NCBI GenBank assembly: GCA_964016885.1
Contig: OZ024740.1
Coordinates: 238,142,001-238,206,000 of the forward strand
Direction of reading: 5' to 3'
Length of the DNA stretch: 64,000 nucleotides
From: Eledone cirrhosa
Taxonomy: Eukaryota
Made by a program: the position numbers and the translations under genes
Shown: one piece after another, positions 37,528 through 49,399 of the stretch
How the letters are laid out: every line of letters starts with the position of its first letter
Position numbering within the stretch: the first letter of the stretch is position 1
Notes under the pieces: model-generated
What the model was told of the DNA's origin: nothing
The model's database searches: none
Seen by the model: the letters and a program-made list of their open reading frames with translations, nothing else

Positions 37528-38845
37528 GTTTCGTTGACAAATATATCAATGTGCCCAGACATGCAGATGTATTGCCCTTGGTATGACAGTGTGGTTTTAG
37601 TTCAATGTAGGATAACTGGTATACTACAGAGCCGTTATAGGTTTAGGAATAACCAAAGAGTGCTTAGAAGGACATTGTTTTATTAGCTAACAGTATTTCA
37701 TCCGTACCCTAAGGCAGGAATCATCAGAGTATATCAATAGTTGCATGCTCCATCAAGCTGCGTCACCAGAACAAGGTTAAAGGACCAGCAGGGGGGTCCC
37801 GAGGCCAGCGCTATATAGAAAAAGACAATACATGACGCATATAATGTCATAAAATGTCATAAAAAATTACATCAAAGATCACATAAAAAATGTATCGCTT
37901 ACATGGTGCAATAGATGATAAGGAGGTTGGGAGAGGGTAGCAAGGAATGAGTGAAGGTGTTACTCAGCATGATCAAAAACAATTAAAAAAAACAATAAAA
38001 AACACAGAAAAAAACAAAAAAAAAAACAAACAAAGCAAAGCATAGATACATCAAAGCACAAGCAGTGTAAATACAGGATGTACAGGCAGATTAAGAGAGC
38101 TTGCAAGCATGAGTCTGTGAGAAGGATAGTTGGTTAGCGGTGGTGCAGCTTTACATGTAGGATTGTCTATAGGAAGGTTATATCGCCTTGTAACAGGTCG
38201 ATCCTCCGTATCTTATCAGTACCCTGGTTCTAGTTCCGAGCATTAGGCAAAGTAACACTGTTTCCAAAACATATACTCCGGGGATTTATCCGGATAGGCA
38301 GTCAGCGATAAACCCCTAAAATCTAAAATAAAATAAAATAAAGTACGATGAATTGAAGAAAGGCAGGGTATATGTACAGCCGGCACTCCAGTGAGGAAAT
38401 TGAAAATACGACAGGTCTGCAATAACTGCAATGTCCCAAAATCCTCACGTTCGGTCAGTCAACCCAACGTCTCAAGTGAAATTCACTGTAAGGCCGAATC
38501 GGCATCGAAATAAATTGTCATACCGTATACAATTATAGCACTGTAAATGTAAATCGTGATGGCTATTCCGTCACATAAACAGAAGGTGTATACAGAGAAC
38601 CCCGTTTCCAGAATTACCTATGGCAGAGTGAGGGAAAAGCAGATGTCGTTACAATAATAAGCGGGTTTATTAGAGTGAGTGCAAGTTTCTGTAGAAAATA
38701 TAGAAAACTCACGCCTAAAACTGTCAATGACAGCTAGAGTTATTTACATGTCCGCCACGTGGTTTTCGTGTAGATTACTGAATCCGGAGGTTGTAATCTA
38801 TTCACAGTCGGGTGGAACCCCTCCTGGGTCGGCCGGAAGTCAATA
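37528..38845 (-). mobile_element. 1.3-kb TA-flanked non-coding element with a hammerhead core
   Basis: Minus strand CTGATGA-ttcctgcc(ttag)ggtacgga-tGAAA at about 37684-37731, followed by aataaa. Confidence 0.6.
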
Positions 38846-38849
38846 TCTA

Positions 38850-38894
<45 letters not shown>

Positions 38895-39104
38895 TGAGGT
38901 TGTGAGTTCGATTCCTGGACCGGGCGATGAGTTATGTCCTTGAGCAAGACACTTTATTTCACGTTGCTCCTTCTACCTGGAGTTGCAACCGATAGATAGT
39001 ACTAGCAACTGGAAAGACCAACGGAAACATTGTTTCCTCGGTCCGGTTTGACGAAAGTCGATCGATCCTTTTTTTTTATATATATATATATATATACATG
39101 ATGC

Positions 39105-39645
39105 GTATTAAGGATGACAGTGATGTGTATGAAGGATGACAGCTGCATAAAAAGGTGCAGAGCACTAGAAGTCAATGGAAGCTGCGGAGTGGGGAGACCC
39201 AAGAATACCTGCGATGAGGTGATAAAAGCCGACCTTACCCAATTACACCTCTCAAAGGCGATGACACACGACCGTGACCTCTGGCGTAACGCAGTAATAC
39301 AGAAGACCCAACCCCCTACAGGTACAAGCCGAAGCTGAAGCATATAGACAATATGCCCCCACACCTCCTACTGCAAAGTGGTCGTGGAGGTGCCACGGCA
39401 AAAAAGCACCCAGCCCACACTGTAAAGTGGACGTGTAGGCACCACGGAAAAAAAGCACCCAACACTCACTGTAAACAAGGTTGGTGTTAGGAAGGGCATC
39501 CAGCTGTAGAAATCAAGCCGGAATCAGTTCCCGTATGAGCAAGGCATGGTCAGCCAACCGGCTGCTGCCCACAACAGGACAACCCGTCTAATCCATGCTA
39601 GCATGGATGAACGGACGTAAAACGGTGATGATGATGATGATGATA
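39105..39645 (+). mobile_element. RTE 3' end (same subfamily as 34995-35500)
   Basis: MKDDSCIKRCRALEV...GRPK; 3' UTR matches the reverse complement of 35020-35330; (GAT)n tail. Confidence 0.88.
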
Positions 39646-39711
39646 TATATATATATATAATGAATAAAATAACAGGAGGCTGGATTGGTGTAAATCCTCG
39701 AAAAGTTTATT

Positions 39712-39769
39712 ATACTATGATCATTTCAATGACCGGGTTCCGTTTGAATCCGGTGATATCATCAGGTAT
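39712..39769 (-). ncRNA. Type I hammerhead ribozyme (inverted arm)
   Basis: Reverse complement of 42116-42173, nearly identical. Confidence 0.75.
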
Positions 39770-40069
39770 TCGAAATATAACAAAGGAATATATAAAATTC
39801 CATGGGTCCGAAAATCAGAGTCAGAGAGGACGACTGACTAACTAGCTCTTTTCACCTCGGTCAGTCGCCCTCAAGTGATGGCTATTCGGTCAACTAATGA
39901 CCATCTAGTGAAGGCTTATAGTGTACTACCACCTCTCCGTCAAAGAATAAAAAAAAGAGAAGAAAGAAAGAAGAAAAGTCAGCGTAAGGGTCACACTACA
40001 GTCAGGCAAGAAAACGCCGCGAAAAATGTTATTCCAAAGAACCTATATTTTAACAAAGGCATATATAAT

Positions 40070-40247
40070 TGTTTCTACTTTAGGCACAAGGCCAGCAATT
40101 ACCCAGTGCATTACTGGTACTTTATTTTATCGACCCCGTAAGGATGAAAGGCAAAGTCAACCTCGGCGGGATTTGAACTCAGATCGTAAAGGGACGTAAC
40201 TATGCTGGAAAGCATGGCGTCCGACCCTCTACCGATACTGCTAATCC
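40070..40247 (-). mobile_element. SINE family A, young copy
   Basis: TSD aaggcatatataat 40056-40069 / 40248-40261; empty site preserved in the other arm near 41815-41829. Confidence 0.95.
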
Positions 40248-42115
40248 AAGGCATATATAATGGGTGTCTGTATGGTCTAATGTGTGAACAGAAAATTGGA
40301 ACGTTAACTTATGTTAAGAATTATAGGATGAAATTAAATTAAAAGTTAAAAAATTAAGAGTTAAAAGAAATTTTTAAAATAATTAGAAAATTAATAGAAA
40401 ATTAAAGGTTTGTGTTGTGGGATTTATTTAATGAAACTACAGAGAGTCTTATATGAAAAAGTTTAAGTGTATTATTGGGAATCCCTATAAGTTATCAACA
40501 AGGTGGGATATAGAGTAAAGATTAAAGCCTTCGATTGTAAATCCCGGCCAGCACCTCCTAACCACGTGTCAGCCAGTTTCGAGTGGTATCGTCTAGCGAA
40601 ATAAATGGAAATTAATTTTTCCGAGTACTCTAGGAACGTGACTGCCATAGGCTTCGGGTGTGTTAGCGGGAAGTCTACCATCTTCGACAGGCCATCATCT
40701 ATACCAAACGAATACTATTAATTCACACAGGAGGGGTTTATTTACGTGCCAGCACAGGGAGGCATGATACAGCTAACAGTTATGCCTAAGCCTAGAGTTT
40801 ATAGGTATGAGTATAATGTGGCGGTCAAAACAGGCGGCGCGGCGGGCCCCGGGGCAAATCCAACCGTTCCGAGTAATTTAATTTACCGAAAGAGGGGAAA
40901 TTTATTTTTCCAAGCACTCAAGGAAGGCTGAACTTTCCGAGCGCCCGGCGCACAACCGGGAAAGCCACCACATCAGTCGAAAGTGGTAAAACCCAATGAA
41001 AATAGATTATAATTATTTTAAGTCCCAGTTAGTCCCGGTTATAAGTAGTGTGGTTCTTTGGTGGGTAGGGAGCTACGAAAGGTGCATAAAGGCCTGAGTA
41101 AGGAATAATAAGCAGAAAATCACAAATAAATAAAAGCAGGATACAAAGATACATTAATAACAAGTAAAATACATAAATAAATAAAACGCCGTCATAACTA
41201 GAGTAGTGATGAAATGAGACGGAGGAAGTATATAAGAACATATCGGAGGAATCAAAGCAAAGGGGAAATACAAAATAGATTAAGTTGCAGTAAGATAATA
41301 CCAGGTTATACATATAGATATAGAGGATGGAAGAGATGGAATGGTATCAGGTGGTACCTAGTGTAAGTTCGGGTCCCAGAACTCAGTGTGAATCACTGTC
41401 GAAGATGGTAGACTTCCCGCTAACACACCCGAAGCCTATGGCAGTGATGTTCCTAGAGTACTCGGAAAAATTAATTTCCATTTATTTCGCTAGACGATAC
41501 CACTCGAAACTGGCTGACACGTGGTTAGGAGGTGCTGGCCGGGATTTACAATCGAAGGTTTTAATCTTTACTCTATATCCCACCTTGATAACTTATTGGG
41601 ATTCCCAATAATACACTTAAACTTTTTCATATAAGACTCTCTCTGTAGTTTCATTAAATAAATCCCACAACACAAACCTTTAATTTTCTAATTATTTTTA
41701 AAGTTTCTTTTAACTCTTAATTTTTTTAACTTTTAATTTAATTTCATCCTTTAACTCTTAATATAAGTTAACGTTCCAATTTTCTGTTCACACATTTGAC
41801 CATACAGACACCCATTATATATGCCTTTGTTAAAATATAGGTTCTTTGGAATAACATTTTTCGCGGCGTTTTCTTGCCTGACTGTACTGTGACCCTTACG
41901 CTGACTTTTCTTCTTTCTTTCTTCTCTTTTTTTTATTCTTTGACGGAGAGGTGGTAGTACACTATAAGCCTTCGCCCCTTCACTAGATGGTCATTAGTAG
42001 ACCGAATAGCCATCACTTGAGGGCGACTGACCGAGGTGAAAACAGCTAGTTGGTCAGTCGTCCTCTCTGATTTTCGGACCCATGGATTTTTATATATTCT
42101 TTTGTTATATTTCGA

Positions 42116-42173
42116 ATACCTGATGATATCACCGGATTCATACGGAACCCGGTCATTGAAATGATCATAGTAT
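42116..42173 (+). ncRNA. Type I hammerhead ribozyme with extended stem II
   Basis: atac-CTGATGA-tatc accgg...ccggt catt-GAAA-tgatc-ATA-gtat; palindromic ATGATCAT stem III. Confidence 0.78.
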
Positions 42174-42375
42174 AATAAACTTTTCGAGGATTTACACCAG
42201 TCCAGCCTCCTGTTATTTTATTCATAATAATTAACTCCGTATTCGCACCACCAACTACACAAACGAAGACGGGTGAACTGCACTACGTTGAGTACTTTCC
42301 ATAATATTGCATCAAGATTGACCATACGGAATGACCAATTCTATCCGGTGGTGAACCAACAAACATATATATATA

Positions 42376-42578
42376 GTAATAATAATAAATGTGAAGACTA
42401 AAATACAAAGAGGGCTCGATAAGGATAAATATATATCAAATATATAAGAACCCTAGAGCAAATATTTATTAAAATAACAGATTAAAGTTTAAGCAAAGAA
42501 TCGCTGCTTTCTCCTTTAACGGTTAAGGGTGAAAGCAGCGATTCTTTGCTTAAACTTTAATCTGTTATTTTAATAAAT
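42376..42578 (-). mobile_element. pLTR remnant with palindrome (sibling of 37284-37515)
   Basis: Reverse-complement match to 37370-37515; has its own hairpin centred near 42520. Confidence 0.7.
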
Positions 42579-42895
42579 ATATATATATATATATCATCAT
42601 CGTTTAACGCCCATCTTCCATGCTAACATGGGTTAGATGGTTTTGTATTCAGACCTGGAGAGGAGATAGGTTCTGCCAGGTTTTAAAAAATGCCCTAGAA
42701 ATGTCATATCTCAAGATGGCACTCCTACGATTCCCTCAGGAGTTGTTGAACCATACATACATATATGGAGGGGGTACCATAATCATTTAAGTGCTTAGGG
42801 CCTTCAAAGGACTTAATCAAACCTTTCATAGGGATAAACAACAACAACAACAGTAATTTTCAGTATATGTGCAATACTTCTCTACAATACATAAT

Positions 42896-43085
42896 TGTTT
42901 CTACTTTTGGCACAAGGCCAGCAATTACCCAGTGCATTACTGGTACTTTATTTTATCGACCCCGTAAGGATGAAAGGCAAAGTCAACCTCGGCGGGATTT
43001 GAACTCAGATCGTAAAGGGACGTAACTATGCTGGAAAGCATGGCGTCCGACCCTCTACCGATACTGCCAATCCACCGCCCTTGCC
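42896..43085 (-). mobile_element. SINE family A, young full-length copy
   Basis: Near-identical to 40070-40247; 19-bp TSD cttctctacaatacataat 42877-42895 / 43086-43104. Confidence 0.95.
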
Positions 43086-43279
43086 CTTCTCTACAATACA
43101 TAATACTATTCATTCACATCATACATCACATCAATCTTTGTGTCATAACCCATATATACAACTCTTCTCTTTTATTTCTTAATCAACAGAACTAATTAAA
43201 AAGCCTACCATTAATATATCATACTTCTGGTAATGTACATCAAAGGAATATTGAAAAATAAGTCCTTCAATTTACATAA

Positions 43280-43666
43280 CCACACAGGCATACACACACA
43301 CACACATGCACAGACACATGTGTATGCAAATATACATACAAGCATACATGCACACATACATAACATACATACACACATACATACATACATGCATACATAC
43401 ATACAGACAGACATACATAATACATCTATTCACATACATACATACACATACATATACATACATACATGCATACATACATACATACATACATGCATACATA
43501 CATACATGCATGCATACATACATACATACATACATACATACATACATACATACATACATACATACATACATACACACACACATACATACATACATACATA
43601 CATACATACATACATACATACATACATACATACATACATACATACATACATACATACATACATACA

Positions 43667-43696
<30 letters not shown>
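43280..43696. repeat. (CATA)n microsatellite
   Basis: Directly visible. Confidence 0.97.
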
Positions 43697-43697
<1 letters not shown>

Positions 43698-44224
43698 TTG
43701 TATTGCTAACTCATGACTGTTCTTCATTTGTAAGTCTCTGAACAGAGAGGATTTGATTTTCTTTAAGCTGACCCACTCAAGTGTAATCAAGCAGAACATC
43801 TCCAACTCTCATCCATCATCTTCATCTTACCTAATGGAATGAAGACTTTCTAATTAAATCTATAAACAAAGAATAATCAATGAACATTTTAGCTTGTTCC
43901 TTTTCTTTTCCTTTTAACTTCATTAAGAAAATTGAATTGTTTTCCCTGAGATGTATTGTTTCTCGTGTTTTCCAAAATTAAGACGATCTTTATGGGGGCC
44001 AAAGGTGAAGAAAAGACACAAACGACAATCGATTTGAAGGAGTTGGAATGAAAAAAAAGAAAGATGTGTCAATAAGAAATTTTCCTCAGTTTCTTCGTCC
44101 TTGTCTTCTGATTCCATTGTGAGGATCGCCACACAGCTTACCTTTAACCAGGAAGGACAAGCAGTTTTTATCTGCCTGGTGGCCAGGACAAAAGAAGTCA
44201 TGTGGTGGATGCATTTGAAAGGGT

Positions 44225-44614
44225 TTTAGTAGGCTAAAAATGTAGTGAGACAGGCACTAACTTATCCTTCCTACAACCAACTTTGATAGTGACTATCAAA
44301 GTTGGTTGTAGGAAGGATAATAATGTTGCATCTATAAAGTTGGCAGATAAATGGTAAATCTGTGAAAGGCCATCTAACGAGCTACTCTCAATGTTAGAGA
44401 GAAAAATCAAATCAGTGGGAAAGCTAGTTATGAGCTGCTGCACTACCAGCGTCCAAAACGCAACTACTAGCTAGTTTTACAAAAGGCGCATTCTGCTGCT
44501 GGTCAGAAATGGTCATTTGTATTCATACGTCCCCAACCCTACAGGGCTGGCAACTGACCAAGTACGACCAAATTACGCCACAGTGATAAAATAGTACTAT
44601 CATGTCTCGCTACA
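44225..44614 (-). mobile_element. Solo LTR-like insertion, 390 bp
   Basis: TSD GGGT 44221-44224 / 44615-44618; removing it restores the host LKGLKT frame; ends tttagt...gctaca. Confidence 0.75.
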
Positions 44615-44902
44615 GGGTTGAAGACAAGCACTTTCCTCTTCAGCGAAGCCCTGATTAACTTTTCAAACTTCCGTTCAAGAGGAAAATCAGGGTGGAGAGA
44701 GAAGTGCTGCCTTCCAGCCAATTTGTTGAAAGATTGGTGAGAGTGGCAAGCATAGCCTAAGTAAATGGACCTATTCTGGGTGTAGGTCTGTAGATTGAAG
44801 GAGGACAATTGCCCTAGTAGTCAGGGTAACCATGGCTTTTTGTGGGCTTTCTCCATGAGTGACCCTTGCAGGTCTCTCCACAATTAGGGAATTTATTTTG
44901 TT

Positions 44903-47240
44903 TCTTCTTCTTCTTCTTCTTCTTCTTCTTCTTCTTCTTCTTCTTCTTCTTCTTCACCCACTTATTCTTGGGAGGGCTGTGGGGGAAGAATCTTCAAACA
45001 CTCATTCGAGTGGCTCCCCAAGTCAGACCAATCAAGCTAATGGATATTATCCAACCATTTGCTCAGAGTCTACCCATGGATCTCCTGCCAGTTGACTTTG
45101 CCTGTAAAAGCTATCCAGCAATTCTTTCCTAAGATGCCACATGCCCATAGTATCGGAGCTGAGATCTCTCAATTCAGAGAAGTAGAAGTTCTACCTGGGG
45201 TGACTCTCTTATCTCCGAGCTATGCACTCTATCGAATAACATTACTCCAAAGACCCTTCAGAGAAACCCCATTTCAACCACTTGTATTTGCAATCATATT
45301 CTTTCAGACATTACCCAAGATTCATGACCATACATGAGGGTTGGTATGAATACCGAATTGAAGATAACGAGTTTGGCTTTCACACCTAGCTCCCTTTTGC
45401 TGATTACTGAATGCCGAAACTGGCATATTACTGCACCAGCTACTGCAATCTTTACCATCAGTTCAATCTCCTGCCATCCATCGATCATGAACATGGTCCC
45501 AAGATACTTGAACTTCTCTACCTGCTTCAGGGGAACTTCATTTACATGTAGAGTGCACTGTGCAGGTTGCTTGAGAGGACAAGTGTCTCAGTTTTTGCAG
45601 CACTGATTTTCATTCCAGCCATGCAGTACTTGGCATAAAACCTATTGAGTGCAAGTTGGAGATCACCTTCTGTCAAGTCAAGTAATACCATGTCATCTGC
45701 AAATTCCAGCCGACTGATTTTTTCAACCACCAATCATGACACCACTTCCAACCCGGCTGTACATGTCAGTCTTATTCATGTAAATAACATTTGAGCTCTT
45801 TAACTGTTCTTGTAACCTCAGCTTCCGAGAGATTAGTCACCGCTCCCAGATGCACCTCGTGTACATCAGAATATGCTAGGCTTAGGAGATCAGCAAAGCC
45901 TTCTCTCCACCCCGAGAGGATGCGCCTCTCTGAAGAGAGAACTCCAGTCACGTTCTTGATAGCAGGTGTGGTGGAGGACTTCTTATTATGAAGTTGGTGG
46001 ATGGTCTGCCAGAACACTTTATTTGCTGATCTGAGGTCGGATTCTTGCTTAACCCCAAAATCCTTCCAATTTGAACGCCTTTACTGTCTGCTGTGATTCT
46101 TCATTCCTGCTTGTACCACAAGTGCAAGAAGGGGGACTTATTTCCAAGCCAAACTTTGTAAGCTTTCTTCTGTGCTCAGATGGCATCTTTGATGTCTTGA
46201 TTGAATCAAGGGGTCCTCCTGCCATCCGGCACCACACCAAGCCTCTTTTGCTTGCAGCATTTAACAGCTGAAGCAGAAACTGCTGCACTGAACAATCTCC
46301 ACTCTTTCTCAAAATCCTCAGTTTGCTCAGGGAGTTCTCTCAATTTGGATGCAATTGTATCCGTATACCTGGTCTTGACATCCTTATCCACCAATGCTTC
46401 CCCTTTTATCCTGTAGGTTACCCTGGACCTGCCAGTTTTGTAGGCTTCTTTGGCTTTAGGTAATCTCAAGTTGCAGATAACTAGATGGTGATCAGTTCAG
46501 CCCCTCTCTTAACATGAATATCCAGCACAGAATCAAAGAGATCAAAGATAATAACAAAATCAATTATTGATCTTTGTCCCTGATTCCCTTTATACCATGT
46601 ATATTTAAAGATGTTTGTGCTGGAAGAAGGTGTCCATTGCTAGAACAGGATTCTAGTAAGAGCTCTCCATTCATATTTAGATCGGGGTCGCCATTCTTTC
46701 CAATCACTCCTTTCCATGTCAGGTGGTCAGTGCCAACATATACATTGAAGTCTCCCATCAAGATATATGACTCAGTCATAACTACATCTAACGCTACAGT
46801 GACTTCATCAAGGAAGGACCTGTATTCGGACTCCACAGAGACCTATCTTTCAGCCTAAGCTTCAAGAGGCAAATCCTCCCTCCTAACAGGATCCAGGCCA
46901 TAATACATTCTAACAGCCAGGGGATTGTGAGTCTTCCCAGTCCTACCTGTGCAGTCATTTTTGGTGCCACACCTGAATAGTGGAGTTTCCATCCTCCATC
47001 CAAATTTACAGAACCAGAGCCACAGAACTTTGTTGAAGAAACCCCAACTATATCTAGCTGGTAGCATCTAGTGTCCTCTAGTAGTTTCTGCTCCTTATCT
47101 GTAGGGGTTGTGATGTTCCAGGTTCCAACTGTTAAGGTTTTCTCCCTTCCAGAGCCTCTTTAGGGTCTCAGGATATGAAAACTTTATACATCCCACACCA
47201 TCAGGACAAGTCGCAGGCCTATTGCTAGTTTCTGCAGCAT
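44903..47240 (-). mobile_element. Degenerate RTE LINE (APE, deleted RT) with (GAA)n tail
   Basis: VGTWNI, LHYSGV, ILMGDFN, DHHLVI, LEFADD, FKYLG, LMYGHESW; (CTT)n 44903-44956 on plus. Confidence 0.87.
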
Positions 47241-47419
47241 GAAATGGAGATTGCAATATATTTTAATGTTTATCTTTTTAGTTTTTATTGCAAAAACTCA
47301 TATTTTTCATGCAAAAACTCACATTGCATCATCTTGTGCCGTTTTTAATGTTTGCTTAATGTCAGCCCTGTATGGCTTATAAAGAAACCATTATTATGTT
47401 TATTTCTATCACTATTTTG

Positions 47420-47830
47420 TGAGTGTGTTTTCTTACTGCATTACCAAGCACAGCTTTGTGTGCTTGATTATATGCAGTATTGTTTTTGGTGTTGTTGTTT
47501 CTATTGTATTGAGAGTACTCTTAGATGTGTGTGCAGTACTTAGTAGTACTATTTTCTGTATGCTATATATATTTACAAGTCCTGGGGCGTTGGTTATTAA
47601 AGGGATTGTTTCTGTTTTCATCATCCACATTCAGGTTATTTCTATCTCCAGATCTTTATGTTTAGATAATTTCTCCATTTTCTTAATGGATGTGTTTTTA
47701 TCTGTGGGGATAGATACATCATTTAGAAGATTTATAATGTCTGGTTGGTTAGCTTTGATCTCTCTATCTGTATGTATTGGCATATCCCAGAGTATGGTTA
47801 CTTAGTCATTCTCAGAAACCTTTTCTTGTA
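47420..47830 (-). pseudogene. R4/Dong RLE domain remnant
   Basis: ILWDMPIHTDREIKANQPDII...EKLSKHKDLEIEI...IQKIVLL, similar to 62280-62963. Confidence 0.8.
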
Positions 47831-47923
47831 TATATTCGTACCACCTTTTTTGTTGTTGGAATTTCTTCCTGTTGGCATAACTTACTTTAACTGATTGTTC
47901 AAATTAACCAATGGTAGGGCTAA

Positions 47924-48808
47924 TCTATATATATAAAACTGAGGTTGTCTGTCTGTCTACTAAAACCTTCGGCACACATCTCCTCTTAAACCGTACGTTC
48001 AAATTTCGGTGAAATTGCTACACTTATAGATGAAGGTCCGGCGGAACCATCGGTCAAATAAATTTTCAAATAAGTTCTTGTTTTTTATTATGTCATCTAT
48101 ATATATAAAGCTGTGGTTGTCTGTCTATCGATTTTTGGCACACATCTCCTCTTAGAATCTCTGACGGAATTGCACCGAAATTGCTATACTTGTACATTGA
48201 GCCCTAGCGAAGACATCGGAAAAAGATATTTCAAATTGACCCACCCTATGTGACGAAATCGAATCTAATGTATCGATTTTTGAGCGTAAGTGACGAGTTA
48301 TTTCCCTTTGTTCTGTTTACATTGAGCGTCTTACGTTCTGTCGTGCAGACAGACAGTCGTGCAGAGAGGTGATATACGCGTGCAGACAGACAGTCGTGCA
48401 GAGAGGTGATATACGCGTGCAGACAGATAGTCGTGCAGAGAGGTGATATAGGCGTGCAGACAGACAGTCGTGCAGAGAGGTGATATAGGCGTGCAGACAG
48501 ACATAACTGATAATTTGGTTACGCTAATGTTTTTCTCTGCGTTGCAGTGTTTACATTTTCGATCTTTGTTAATAAATAACCAGTGCAGTTTCTATCCCCA
48601 GCATCCTCTTTTGTTATAACATTCGGGTTATCGTTATGTTTTCTTAACTTCATAAGGCATATTGTTGGTTGAGGGAATATTAATCAAAAACACCACATGC
48701 AAGTCTGCACAGTAGACACTACAGTTTTTAAGCCAAAAAAGAAACTTAACATTGTAACTTTAACACAGCTACTGAGCGACCCCGAGCAACGCCGGGCTTT
48801 ACTGCTAG
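47924..48808 (+). mobile_element. Non-autonomous Helitron with two tandem 5' ends
   Basis: A|TCTATATATATAAA at 47924 and 48096; 3' hairpin cccg...cggg then CTAG|T at 48805-48809. Confidence 0.87.
48342..48502. repeat. 37-bp minisatellite inside the Helitron, about 4.3 copies
   Basis: cgtgcagacagacagtcgtgcagagaggtgatatacg repeated. Confidence 0.93.
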
Positions 48809-48987
48809 TACAATATACAATATTGGAAATATACACACTCTACATTAAACATGATAAACAGTAACAAAACTACAGAAAATACTGTAAACATCATGTACTT
48901 ATATAAAATATAGAAATATTTAATGAAATTATTCAACAGTATGTAAGAATTAAAAAGTTAATAGTGTAAATTAATAATTTCAATTAC

Positions 48988-49267
48988 CTGTAGTAGATGG
49001 AAGATGATGTTGATGTGATGGAGATAGAGTAAAAGTTGTAGAAGTTTGAGATGAGTGAGGAGCGACTGAGTCAACAGAAGGAGGATCATCAATATGATCA
49101 GCAGGCTTAACAGCTGCATCAAAGCAGGACTGATCTGGCTTGAAGAATTAGTTGAGTTTTAGTCCTTTACATTGGCAGTGCTGCCTCCAGGTAATAAGTT
49201 CCCTTAAATCTCTAAGAAGTTGACAACGTTGCTGTGTATCCATTTTTGTTGGCAAGATTACAGTTTT
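48988..49267 (-). other. Exon-like segment with one in-frame stop
   Basis: Acceptor tttatcttcactag, donor cag|gtaatt, 280 bp otherwise open. Confidence 0.35.
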
Positions 49268-49399
49268 CTAGTGAAGATAAATACCTGATATGATTCCTCA
49301 ATTGGAGTAAATGTCAGCAAAACTATACAAAGTGCCTTTGTGTAACTGTTTGCTTCAGTCTCATTAATTAATTGTGCCCCTTATTAGTAAATTGATTAT

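Larger units (their letters stand above)
39660..42365 (+). mobile_element. 5'-truncated Penelope-like element with about 830-bp inverted pLTR
   Basis: 39660-40690 is the reverse complement of 41396-42225 apart from a SINE insertion; 40691-40765 encodes a frameshifted AIIYTKRILL/NSHRRGLFTCQH GIY-YIG-like tail; hammerheads in both arms. Confidence 0.85.
44095..47398 (+). mobile_element. Old 3' fragment of the Tx1-like family, split by a solo LTR and an RTE
   Basis: EGQAVFICLVA...LKG/LKT...RKIRVER matches ORF 56402-57292; 3' UTR 44815-44885; tail taaagaaaccattattat at about 47379-47398. Confidence 0.82.

Noticed and set aside
41327-41611. Duplicated small ORF (also 40472-40681)
   Set aside because: The duplication follows from the inverted repeat; no domain recognised.
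42990-43080. tRNA-like A and B boxes as tRNA genes
   Set aside because: They are SINE heads with body, tail and TSDs, not a complete cloverleaf.
48342-48502. 37-bp periodic repeat (and the 33-bp repeat at 6058) as a CRISPR array
   Set aside because: No unique spacers, no cas genes, eukaryotic context.
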